Shown here piece by piece: positions 27,060-39,151 of a stretch of 64,000 bases of DNA. Both the position numbers and the translations under genes were made by a program. Numbering within the stretch: the first letter of the stretch is position 1; every line of letters starts with the position of its first letter. Source of the DNA: Octopus sinensis (taxonomy: Eukaryota); the NCBI RefSeq assembly GCF_006345805.1, contig NC_043000.1, positions 14,136,001 through 14,200,000 on the forward strand, written 5' to 3'. The notes below the pieces were generated by a model that was not told where the DNA came from, searched no databases, and was given only the letters and a program-made list of their open reading frames with translations.

Positions 27060-29922
27060 ATATATTGATAGATAGATAGGGTGAGCTTTTTATTTTTGTT
27101 AACGTGTTATTGTTGCATTCAATGTTGTTTATCGCCTTATACTGTCTTTTATGTTATCCAGAATATATTTACATTTAATATACACTCATACAATAAAATA
27201 TATTATTTGTACTACTTGTTTTGTTTTTACTTTGTTATTTAAACTGTAATGTTTCCTGATTTGTTTTAGGCCCCTAAACTGACAAGAAAACCTTTAACAT
27301 TTCCGAAAGCGAGACAGAAGGCCTAAGTGAAGTTTGACAGGTATCACATTGAACGAAAGATATCACACTCTGGGATATCCTTTTTACGATGTTATATAAA
27401 TAGCAAGGAAATGTGTATGCGTGTACTTGTATATTTTTGTGTTTATCTCTCTCTCTCTCATACCCTGTGTTTGTACTTTTCTCAATAACTTTGCTATTAC
27501 CTCTTATATCTCTTATTTCTTATATCTCTTCTGCTCTCATTCGTGTGTGTATGCGTACGAGTGATTGTCTATCGTGTCTGAATATCTACATATCTGTTTG
27601 TATGTATCTGTTAATTAACTTAACTCTCGTAGACAATGACAAGATGTGAGTGGTTTAAATTAGGTTGGCAAGATATCGGCAAGTCCGACGGTTATTTGGG
27701 TTCAGAGCCAAACAAAAAGACGAATGGCGGTGAAGTATTTTGTTTTTGATGTATTTATTTTCGGAAATTTTTGTTTGTTTTTAACCCCTTCGAGTCCCAC
27801 TGGTGGTATTTCCCTCTCTCAACGGGTATAACACCGGGCTTGGCTCGTATCTATTGTGTTGTAGGGTGGACAGCTACTGAGATACGGATCGAGCTACCAA
27901 TGTATGTGTCGGGGTTATTAATTATATGTAGCAGCGACGTAGGGAAAGCCCCAGAGAACCTCTGTTTATATAGCAAGGCTAACCTGGTTTTTAGGTAGAA
28001 GGAGGCAGGAAGTTTCTGTTGGCCTGGGATTGGAGTAGCTTGAATATGAAAAGATGAAAGAAGCCAAAGGTAGCAAGGAACATGAGCGGAATAGGAGAGG
28101 TCCTGTAGGATTTCTCCTATGTTGCAAGAGCAAAGGAGTAAGGTTGTGGAAGTAGGTAGGGTGAGTCTGATATCTAGGATCAGGACCTGAAGAGCTTCTT
28201 TATACGAAGTGAATGGAGCATGGAAGGTTTCGACTGAGAGTGAAGCTTGCTGTGAAAGTTAAACGATGATGACGACGATGATGATGATGACTAAGGTTAT
28301 CAGGTACCGAACTCCATGACACACTGTACCTGGTAATGCAAGGAGAAGGCATGCGTGCTGGGTTGTGGGGCAACACGCTGCCGACTAATAAAAGAAGTCG
28401 CTCCCGCCATTGATGAGAAGATAATGAAGTGGAGTAGAGAGAGAGAGAGAGAGATGGAAGAGAGAAGAAAGACGGAGGGAAACAATGGAAAAGTTGCTAA
28501 TCTTGCAGTTAGTAGTGAAATGTGTTCTAAAAGGAAAATCCTTCACACACGAATATAGATATACAGAATTGTATAGATATTTCTGCCTCTTCTAGTCTAG
28601 GTTTTGCATAAGAATTTGCACTGGTTGATACTGCACACGCTAACTCATGCATGGCACACTTGTAACAACAACAACAACAAAAATATAACGCAACTATTTT
28701 AGTCTTTCGGGTTGTTCAGTCGTCAAAATATCCGTTTGAATGTGAGTGTGTGGTGTATGCGTGTATAATTCGATCACATTGATAGATCCATTGTTATTTG
28801 ACGAGTATTTTTTTTTTTAAACAAGGCTTCGTAATCACTCCAAGATGTCTAAATAAATGGCTTATTCCTGTTATTTTCTTTTGTATTTTTTCCCCTTCTT
28901 CTTCTTCAGATGCAACGTTTCGAGAGCAGCAAGTTGGCAGAGAACAGCGAGTAAAAGAATTCCAAGATTAAAGGTTCGCTTCACGTAGGCACTCAAACAA
29001 CATCCTACATTTGCTGGGAAAGACTGCTTTGTTTCTTGCTGGCTACTAATTTCAACGTTATTGTTATAATTATCCTCATCTGTTGACTAGATCGCGTGTG
29101 CTTCTTTCCGAAAGAGATTTTCTTACATAAAATCAGTGTCCTCAAACAACAAGGGCCTTCCTTCTCTTTTCCTCTTTTTCGTTCTTTCTTTCTTTCTATC
29201 TCTATCTCACTTTCTCTTTCATTCAGTCCTTTTTACTACATTAATCCTGCTTGCTTTTTTCCTTTCATCTTTTTTTCTTTGTTGTAGGAAATTCCAGAAA
29301 AATCGGCATGTTGTAGGAATTCCAGAACCCAGCAAAATGAAGACGAATGGTTCTGGAATGACTGTTCCTGCTGCTGGTCTTGTTCTTTCTGTTGCTACTG
29401 TTGCTGGTAGTCCCTACAGTGATGTTGGTGCTGACAGCGGTGTTGCTGCTGATGGCGGGCGACAGTTGTCAATGGAGTGTAGCAGAAGGAATGTTATCGT
29501 TTTGTTAGAGAATGGCGCCAATCGCGATGGCGGAGAGCTGACTATGATGATACGATAGCAGTGGAGAAGCTGGAGGATGGCAGTGCAAGAAAAAGTAGTA
29601 GTAGTAGCGATGGAGGAAATGGGAACTTAATAGTAACAGTGCTAGTAGAGCTGGCGGTTCTGATATCTTAGAAGAGGTTGATGACCGCTAAAGTATCACA
29701 AGAGACTACTACTCATAGTGCCGCCGAAATAGTACCTATATATATATATATGTATGTACCTGTGCATGCATGTATGTATATGTTAATGCATATATGAAAC
29801 ACGCATCTATATATATATATGTGAATATATAATATACATTTTGATATACATGTGCATGCATATACATTTATGCATACACCACACACACATGTATATTTGC
29901 ACATGCACATCTATAAATCAAA

Positions 29923-29962
<40 letters not shown>

Positions 29963-30306
29963 TATGTACATGTATATATACATGTATTAGTATCTATATA
30001 TATATATATATATATATATAGACCATATGTACATGTATATATACATGTACTAGTGTCTATATATATATACATACACACACAAATGTATACACATGTACAT
30101 TTACATGCATATGCATAGATATATATACATACATATATATGCATAAGTGTGTATGCATAAACTTATGCATGTGTAAAATATGCCTGTGTATATGCATGTT
30201 TATATAATAGCATGTTTATATAATGTATGTGCATGTATGTAAGAATTAATATATATTTAAGCATTATGCATGTATATGACTACATTATTGCATATATATA
30301 TATGCA

Positions 30307-30338
<32 letters not shown>

Positions 30339-30776
30339 CATACACACAAAGCAGAGATACAGTTATATATGCATCGTCATGCATATAGATATGCATATAA
30401 TATATACATGCATTTATGTGTATATGCATATGTGTGTTTATGCACTATATACAAACACATTGTTTTTACTTTTTAGGTAGAAGGGAAAGGAAGGCAGTCT
30501 CATGACCTGTTACAGGGGCCTCTAAGGCTGGTGGGAGGGAGGGAGGGAGAAAGGTATCCCCAAGGAAACGTGACACAAATGTTTGCAACAGAACAGAGCC
30601 TGCTAAAGGCAATTAAGATGCCATGTGGAGATGCTTAACATGCTAACAAGTTAATTTACATACATAAATATATATTATATAAAATGCATGTGTATATGAT
30701 TTATGAAGATATATATATGTGTGTGTGTATGTGTGCATATATACATGTGTGTATATGTATATATATATTATATGTG

Positions 30777-30812
<36 letters not shown>

Positions 30813-30874
30813 TTATATAAGGTATATAAATATGAATCTGTATGTGTACAAAAATATATGCTTTGCTTCTCATC

Positions 30875-31180
30875 CACGTGCTCGTGGGTTCAGTCCCATT
30901 GTGTGACACCTTGGGAAGAAACCCATTGCATATTTCTATATATATATATATTTGTGTGTGTGTCTTTGTGTCTGTGTTCATCCCCCCCCACCACTGCTTG
31001 ATAACTCGGTGGTGGTGTGTTTATGTCCCTGTAACTTAGCAGTTTGGCAAAAGAGACCGATGAAATAAGTCCCACGCTTGTAAAATGTAAGTACTGGGAT
31101 TGATACATTCGACTAAAAACTCTTCAAGGCAGTGCTCCAGTATGGCCACAGTCTAATGACTGAAACAAGTAAAAGGTAAA

Positions 31181-31182
<2 letters not shown>
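30875..31182 (+). mobile_element. SINE family A, diverged and 5'-eroded
   Basis: GGGTTCAGTCCCATTGTGTGACACCTTGGG ... GACTGAAACAAGTAAAAGG. Confidence 0.75.
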
Positions 31183-31233
<51 letters not shown>

Positions 31234-32027
31234 TATATACATGCATGTATATAAATTATGCACATCTTAAATATATGCATACATATGCAGATATATATAT
31301 GTGCACAGATATGCATGCATATATATATATATAATCATGCTGGTTATTTAATGCCCATTTTCCCATGCTTGCATGGGTTGTATAAAAGTTTTCTACAGAG
31401 GGATACCCTTCCTGTCACCAAACCTTAACTGTTTTCCCTTAAGGTAATACTTCCCTATAAACAGCAATGCTCCAACATAAAGAGTGGAAACAAAAGATGC
31501 TGACTTGCATGTTGGTGACACATATTTACAACTATCATGCTGTATCAATTCAAGGAGATAGTAACACTTAAAATATACATAATATGCAGGCATTCATGCC
31601 TGCATACATACACACACATGCATATATATGTGTGTGTATGAATGAATAGAAAAACAGTTGGCAATTCAAAAATTTTAATTTTTTAGTATAATAGAATATA
31701 AGATTCTGTTGTGTCTGGGGAGAGTCATTTTCTTTTTGTGCCTTATAATTTAACACACTCACTGGTAAAATTTCCATTTATTTCTTATTTTTATTTTCAT
31801 TGTCTTGCAACCTTTTCAAGACAAGGAAAATTTTAGGAAAATAAAAATAAGAAATAAGTGGAAATTTTACCATTCTGTGTGTGTTAAATTATAAGGCACA
31901 AAAAGAAAATGACTCTCCCCAGACACAAGAGAATATGTTTCAACACACCAACTCAAATAAAAAATCTGCAAACCAAATCCAAAAATTAAATAGAATATAA
32001 TATATTATTTGAGGTCGATCAACATCA

Positions 32028-32785
32028 GGGCCCCCGTGCAGGTGACACGTAAAAGTACCATCCGTTCGTAGCCGTTCGCCAGCCCTGTCTGGCCCCCGTG
32101 CCGGTGACACGTAAAAGCACCATCCGTTCGTGGCCATTTGCCAGCCCTGTCTGGCCCCCGTGCCGGTGACACGTAAAAGCACCATCCGTTCGTGGCCATT
32201 TGCCAGCTCTGTCTGGCCCCCGTGCCGGTGACACGTAAAAGCACCATCCGTTCGTGGCCGTTTGCCAGCCCTGTCTGGCCCCCATGTCGGTGACATGTAA
32301 AAGCACCATCCGTTCATGTCCGTTGCCAGCCTCGCCTGGCCCCCGTGCCGGTGACACGTAAAAGCACCATCCGTTCGTGGCCGTTTGCCAGCCTCGCCTG
32401 GCCCCCGTGCCGGTGACACGTAAAAGCACCATCCGTTTCGTGGCCGTTTGCCAGCTCTGTCTGGCCCCCGTGTTGGTGGCACGTAAAAGCACCATCCGTT
32501 CGTGTCCGTTGCCAGCCTCGCCTGGGCCGTGCCGGTGACACGTAAAAAGCACCATCCGTTCGTGGCCGTTTGCCAGCTCTGTCTGGCACCTGTGCAGGTG
32601 GCACGTAAAAAGCACCCACTACACTCACGGAGTGGTTGGCGTTAGGAAGGGCATCCAGCCGTAGAAACACTGCCAGATCTGACTGGGCCTGATGAAGCCT
32701 TCCAGCTTCACAGACCCCAGTTGAACCGTCCAACCCATGCTAGCATGGAGAACGGACGCTAAATGATGATGATGATGATGATGAT
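32028..32785 (+). mobile_element. 5'-truncated RTE 3'UTR with an expanded 62-bp minisatellite (~10 units) and (GAT)n tail
   Basis: GGTGACACGTAAAAG recurs at 32041, 32103, 32165, 32227, 32289, 32350, 32412, 32475, 32534 and 32597. It is followed by a tail closely matching 42900-43080. Confidence 0.9.
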
Positions 32786-33707
32786 TCTTATGATAATATA
32801 ATATAATATAATACAATAAGTAATATGATATACTATTATGCTAATGAATTTTAAATCTTAATTTTTAAATTGCCAATTGTTATATATATAATTAATTTTC
32901 TATTCATTTTTATAATTTGATAGACACCCATGTAATTTGTAAAGATTTTTTCTCTGCAAAATTGGGTATTTAACTGTGGAGCCCAGTGAAAGATTGGATG
33001 TTTTCATCCCTATTTTCCTTAGATTATTTAAAATATTACTTGTGTGATAATACATGCACACACACACACACACACATATACATGTGTGTGTGCATGGAGG
33101 GTTTCTTTCAGTTTGCATCTACCAAATCCATTCACAAGGCATTGATTGACCCAGGACCGGTGGCAGCTCATAGATAAAATTAGTGGGGGGTGCTGCTTCA
33201 GAAAATTTTTAGCCGTTTTAATATTGTGTAAAAGGAAACAAACATATAAAAAGAAAATTTATACATAAACTTGATAGGTTCGCATTTTAGCCACTGCCGA
33301 GTAATGTGTTTAATTTGTTCACTGAACACCGCCACAAATTCCCCCTTGTCTTTCAAAAATCCCCACCTAAATCACATAATAAGTGGGGGAAATGTGTGCA
33401 ATTTTTGGCAGCATCACGAAGCTGGAAGCAGGATAATAATCTAATTCTACACTTTATCACATTCAAGAATATAAACACGTTTTTAAGCACAACACACGTG
33501 GAGTCGAAAAGAAACGCTACCTTTCACCAGCACTGCGTGAACGACAGTACTCTCTCTCCCTAGTGTGAAGCTTCCTATCTCGGGCATGTGAGCATGCGCA
33601 CAACAGCCAAATACCGTGTTGCTGGAACTGCAAACAACAAAAGAAACAAATGGAAAACAAGATAAATAACATAACAAACGACCATATACATAATATCCTG
33701 GGTATGA

Positions 33708-34272
33708 AGGCAGGCTTAGTAGTTAGGGTATTCAGCTAATGATTTGTAAGGTAGTGAGTTTGATTGTCAGCAGTGCATTGTGTTCTGGAGCAAGATACTT
33801 TATTCCATGTTGCTCCAGTCCACTCAGCTAGCAAAATTGCGTAGTCCTTGTATTGCAAAAGGCCAGCCTTCTCACACTCTTATTTCTTTATTGCCTACAA
33901 GGGGCTAAACATAGAGGGGACAAACAAGGACAGACAAATGGATTAAGTCAATTACAATGACCCCAGTGCATAACTAGTACTTAATTTATCGACCCCGAAA
34001 GGATGAAAGGCAAAGTCGACCTCGGTGGAATCTGAACTCAGAACGTAAAGACAGACGAAATACTGCTGAGCATTTCATCCAGTGTGCTAACGTTTCTGCC
34101 AGCTTGCTGCCTTATCACACTCTGTGTCATGCTGAATCTCTCTGAGATCTACTCTAAGAGTACATGTGTCTGTGGATTGCTTAGCCACTTGCACATAAAA
34201 TTCATGAGCAAGCTGTTCCATTCATTAGATCAGCTAGGACACTCATCGCAGTAACTAACGGAGTGCCAGTTG
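33708..34272 (+). mobile_element. Third SINE-like family (C), interrupted by a family-B SINE
   Basis: tRNA-like head and GAGCAAGATACTTTATTCCATGTTGCTCCAGTCCACTCAGCT. The sequence resumes after the insertion at 34109. Confidence 0.55.
33881..34108 (-). mobile_element. SINE family B with a 15-bp TSD (1 mismatch)
   Basis: GCCTTCTCACACTCT (33866-33880) and GCCTTATCACACTCT (34109-34123). Confidence 0.85.
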
Positions 34273-34819
34273 CATCCTGGATATGACTTTAATATGCCCC
34301 CAATAATGGGGCTCTGGTTTGGGAGTTTCAGGATTTTGAGGGAAGCGGGGCCATCTCTTAACAACTATTGCTCGCAGGTCTTCTCTGACATTGAGTAGTA
34401 GCTCCTGTCAGAGTCCCAGCCATGGGTTAATTAGCATGTTATGGAGGAAAATCCGAGCACAAGCCTTCACTGCCTTGAGAATGCCTTGGGAAAGGAAAAG
34501 GTTAGGGGAGTCAATCTTGACAACGAATCAAGGAGTGGAGTCCTTCAAGCAGCCTGGTACCCTTTTTGACACCCTTCCAGAAACTTCATAGTACATGGCA
34601 CTCTCCAGCGCTGTGAAGCAGTTCATATACTTGAAGGCGATGCCATTGTAGAATGTACAGCTTGCTGGTCATCACAGCTATCTAAGCCTACAAAGCCACT
34701 GAAATCAGATCTCCCAATTCTACAGAGTAGAATCAGATTGTGTGGGCTGACTCTCATTTTAAAACTACAAAGTTCCAGCAGAAAGAGAAGCCTTGCAGCA
34801 TGTAGAATTGGATTACCTA

Positions 34820-34900
34820 GCCACTTGAGAGTGTGCCACTTGAGAGTGTGCCACTTGAGAGTGTGCCACTTGAGAGTGTGCCACTTGAGAGTGTGCCACT
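34820..34900. repeat. Perfect 15-bp tandem repeat (GCCACTTGAGAGTGT) x5.4
   Basis: Units start at 34820, 34835, 34850, 34865 and 34880, with a partial unit at 34895. Confidence 0.95.
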
Positions 34901-35270
34901 CTTTTTCATGATCTTAGGACAAAAAGAAACTGTCAGCATATGTTACCTATTTTGACTCTCCACAAAATCCCAAATTCTATTTTATCTGCATTGCGGGAGC
35001 AACTGTTTTATTGAAAGCATATATTGTTGTTAAGTGCTCGAAATATGAGACTAGAGGATCAACCAACAACTGATGAAAGATTGTTCATTATGTTTGTCTT
35101 GTTTTCAATTTGTGTCTTTGTTCCATGTACTCGTGTCTCATACAATTTTGTTATACGCACTTCATTAAGTCCTGTGCACACATACGCATATATATATATA
35201 AATAGATGTAAGTATGTACATATATGTATGTATGAATGTATCATCATCATATATATATATATATATATAT

Positions 35271-35324
<54 letters not shown>

Positions 35325-35404
35325 TATTTACTATATATATATATATATGTATATTTTATATATATATATATATATATACATACATACATACATACATACA
35401 TACA

Positions 35405-35437
<33 letters not shown>

Positions 35438-35458
35438 GTATATATAGATATATGTATG

Positions 35459-35646
35459 AGTCACCATGCCTGACCGCTAAAACCACACGTTTTTTTATTC
35501 TCTTTCTGTTTATTTTCTCTTATTCCTTTCTGCTGAAGAGCGTAGGCTTGAAATGTAAAAGACTTCCTCACTTACCCAGGTGTCAAACCTTCTTGTTATT
35601 ATTCATACACCTGTCTTGATCTTTTGTTTTCTGTAAATTTCAACTA
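35459..35646 (+). mobile_element. Penelope-type pseudo-LTR carrying a decayed hammerhead-like motif
   Basis: CTGCTGAAGAGCGTAGGCTTGAAATGT motif. Homologous to 47410-47580(-) and located upstream of the Penelope RT remnant. Confidence 0.7.
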
Positions 35647-35656
35647 TATATATATA

Positions 35657-35703
<47 letters not shown>

Positions 35704-35838
35704 GCATATGTGTGTGTGTATATATATATATATGCATATATGTGTGTGTGTATATATATATATGCATATATGTGTGTATATCTATATATGTATATATATA
35801 TATATGTATATATGTGTGTATATATATATGTGTATGTG

Positions 35839-35877
<39 letters not shown>

Positions 35878-36239
35878 TAAATATGCATATATATGTATGT
35901 ATATATATGTGTGTGTATATATATAAAGTATATATATATATATGTGGGTGTGTATATATATATATATGTATGTATGTATATATATATATGTATGTTTATA
36001 TATATATGTATGTTATTATATATGTATGTATATATATATGTACGCATATAAATATGTATGTATATATATGTATGTGTATATATATATATATGTGTGTATA
36101 TATATATATATTATATATATATATATGGATATATATGTATATATATATGGATATATATGTATATATATATATATATGGATATATATGTATATATATATGT
36201 ATGTATATATGTATAAATATATATATGTATGTATATATA

Positions 36240-37390
36240 TACATCCTACTGCCTTATGTGTGCTACCATTCGCTCTAATCTCTCCAAAATACACACCGTC
36301 GACCATCTTCTTCTTCTCTCAGTCGCCCTCCCATGCAAACACTATATTTCGTTACATAATTCATTTAAATCATCTCTTTCATCAGTTTACACTCACACCA
36401 AACAACATAAAGTCCACTCACTCCTCCGTTCCATAACACCTGATGCCACTATCCCAGCTCCTCCACTACCCCTCTCCCTCCATGGTATGCTCCCCCACCC
36501 CCAGACATACCCCCATCTCCTCCCTCCCAGCCTTCCACTATCCTCACCTTCTATTCCATCCACCCCTTCTCCACTTCAGTCTGTTGTTACTATTCCTCCA
36601 GATCTTCCCCTCTCTGAGGCGGAGCGCTCTTTCCTCAGTAGGTGTCTGCGCTTCATCCCTCTCCTTCCATCCAGCAACGAATTTCGCACTTGTGCCAATA
36701 TCCACAGCTTTGTGAGCCGTGTTAGTTTGTGTGCGTTTTTCTATGACACTCCACCTGCATCTAATGAGGAGGACTGCTTCACTGACCTGGGCCGCTGACC
36801 ATCCCTGTGAATGCCAGCTCCTGGGCAGTTCCAAGCAGTTGATCTTTTTGCGGGCACTTGCCAGCGTGCTGTGGACCGGTTTAACTTTTCCAGGTGTCCC
36901 CGTCATCTGAATATCTCCCTAACTCCAGCATTTCGTTAACTTTTCATCTAACCCCCAACCTGACACATCCACACTCATTTGTCTGTCCGAACTTGTCCTC
37001 TCACTCAACTGCTTCTCATTTGTTGGTGAGTTTTACCAGCAGGTCTCGGGAGTGGCCCCAACTATGCGAGCCTGTTCATTGGCTACATTGAAGCCCAAAT
37101 TTCACTGGTCCCACATCAAATTATATATTGATGACTGTATCGTTTCGACCTCACTCTCCCATGAACATCTAGATTCCTTCCTCTCTTTTGTTAAATCTTT
37201 CCATCCTACCCTCCACTTCTCCTGCACTATCTCTGACACCTCTGTCTCCTTTCTTGACATTTCGGTCAGCATTCATCACTTCCCCTTTCACCACCTCCAT
37301 CCACTACAAACACACAGACTCACACTCATACCTCAAGTTCTCTTCCTCCCACTCTAAACACACCAAGCTTTCCATCTCCATTCCCAATTC
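36240..37390 (+). pseudogene. Penelope-like element (Neptune/Poseidon-type) reverse transcriptase, decayed with deletions
   Basis: Fragments VVTIPPDLPLSEAERSFLSRCLRFIP, YQQVSGV, GPNYASLFIGYIE, YIDDC, SVSFLDISV and TSIHYKHTDSHSYLKFSSSH are characteristic PLE RT and thumb motifs. Confidence 0.85.
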
Positions 37391-37762
37391 CTCTGTCTAC
37401 TTTTGGTCAAACTATTGTATCTCCAGCTGCTTCAGATGCCATGACATCAAAAAATGTCAAAGTGTAGTATAACAGTTTTGCTGAAGTGAAGACAGCATGT
37501 TCTTTGTCTATCTCCTTAACTTCTTGGAGATTTTAGGTTTAATTATACTAATGTGTCCATCTGTTCTAATTCAATTAAATTGTATGTCTTTGTGCAACTG
37601 AGGATTGCTCTGCATTACTTCTGGATATCCTTGTTGCTTATTTTGATTCTAATCACCTTACTTTGAAATTGTATGGATAATACCGTACTAAATTCTGGTG
37701 CCTCAACTTAAGAACCATATTTATCTGAATCTAAATTTTTGCTGAACTCATCTACCAAACCC

Positions 37763-37808
<46 letters not shown>

Positions 37809-38048
37809 GAGTGTTCGATTTATCTCGTCCCTCTTCTCGATTCTACATCTTGCTGACAAAACACTGACTCGAAAAATGACCAGCTAAGCGAATTTAACTT
37901 ACAACCTGTCATTCATATTCATTTTTTTAAGCGTTGATTCGTAACTCTAAATCCCGTTTCTCTATTATTTATTTCGCCATCTTGTATGCATGGCTTCCTG
38001 TCTGTCATGCATTTTAAATTCCTCCTTTAATTTCAGTGTCATCCTGTA

Positions 38049-38998
38049 TTATTCCATCCCAGAATTCACTACAATATTCTCTCTCTCCTATTTATATTAT
38101 GTTTTACTCGAACCCCGAAGTTTCTAGATGTTCAGTAATTTCTGTCGCAGAAAATTCCCTACATATTAACTTAAAACCTGTTGTTCCTTCGTCGTTATTC
38201 CTTTCCCCCAAAGATACCCTAAATTCCCTACGAAATTTTTTCTCTCTCTCTTATTTATATTACGTTCTTCTCGAACCCCGAAGTTCCTAGATGTTCAGTA
38301 ATTTCTGTTGCAGAAAATTCCCTACGTATTAACTTAAACCTGTTGTTCCTTCGTCGTTATTCCTTTCCCCAAAGATACCCTAAATTCCCTACGAAATTTT
38401 TTCTCTCTCTCTTATTTATATTACGTTCTTCTCGAACCCCGAAGTTCCTAGATGTTCAGTAATTTCTGTTGCAGAAAATTCCCTACGTATTAACTTAAAA
38501 CCTGTTGTTCCTTCGTCGTTATTCCTTTCCCCAAAGATACCCTAAATTCCCTACGAAATTTTTTCTCTCTCTTATTTATATTACGTTCTTCTCGAACCCC
38601 GAAGTTCCTAGATGTTCAGTAATTTCTGTTGCAGAAAATTCCCTACGTATTAACTTAAAACCTGTTGTTCCTTCGTCGTTATTCCTTTCCCCAAAGATAC
38701 CCTAAATTCCCTACGAAATTTTTTCTCTCTCTCTTATTTATATTACGTTCTTCTCGAACCCCGAAGTTCCTAGATGTTCAGTAATTTCTGTTGCAGAAAA
38801 TTCCCTACGTATTAACTTAAAACCTGTTGTTCCTTCGTCGTTATTCCTTTCCCCAAAGATACCCTAAATTCCCTACGAAATTTTTTCTCTCTCTCTTATT
38901 TATATTACGTTCTTCTCGAACCCCGAAGTTCCTAGATGTTCAGTAATTTCTGTTGCAGAAAATTCCCTACGTATTAACTTAAAACCTGTTGTTCCTTC
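38049..38998. repeat. ~162-bp tandem array (~5.9 copies) upstream of the RTE ORF
   Basis: CTCGAACCCCGAAG recurs at 38107, 38270, 38431, 38591, 38753 and 38915. The 5'-most unit is the most diverged. Confidence 0.95.
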
Positions 38999-39151
38999 GA
39001 GGTGACCCCGCCGTCCCACCCATCCACCAGAACCGGAAGTTTCTGTTTTCTATCTTTCTTGACCCCCCCCCGCACCCCTATGTAGGGTTTATTGTGATCA
39101 TATAGCGCAAAAACTGTGAAATTTATGCAGGTTGTAGTGTAGAGTTTCAGT

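Noticed and set aside
27771-27998. Minus-strand DTYIGSSIR (GIY-YIG-like)
   Set aside because: A single short motif without the upstream GIY strand or the downstream R/E residues.
27270-28990. Plus-strand exon-like segments (27270-27340 bounded by AG/GT; strong acceptor at 28909) suggesting a divergent transcript
   Set aside because: The first has stops in all three frames and the second has no convincing donor. It could be a lncRNA but cannot be supported without RNA data.
29136-29558. 140-aa ORF with a possible acceptor at ~29287
   Set aside because: Low-complexity GCT/GTT-derived sequence with no family resemblance.
31940-32733. Repetitive-peptide ORFs; 62-bp array as a possible CRISPR
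   Set aside because: Head-to-tail minisatellite with no unique spacers, part of an RTE 3'UTR in eukaryotic DNA.
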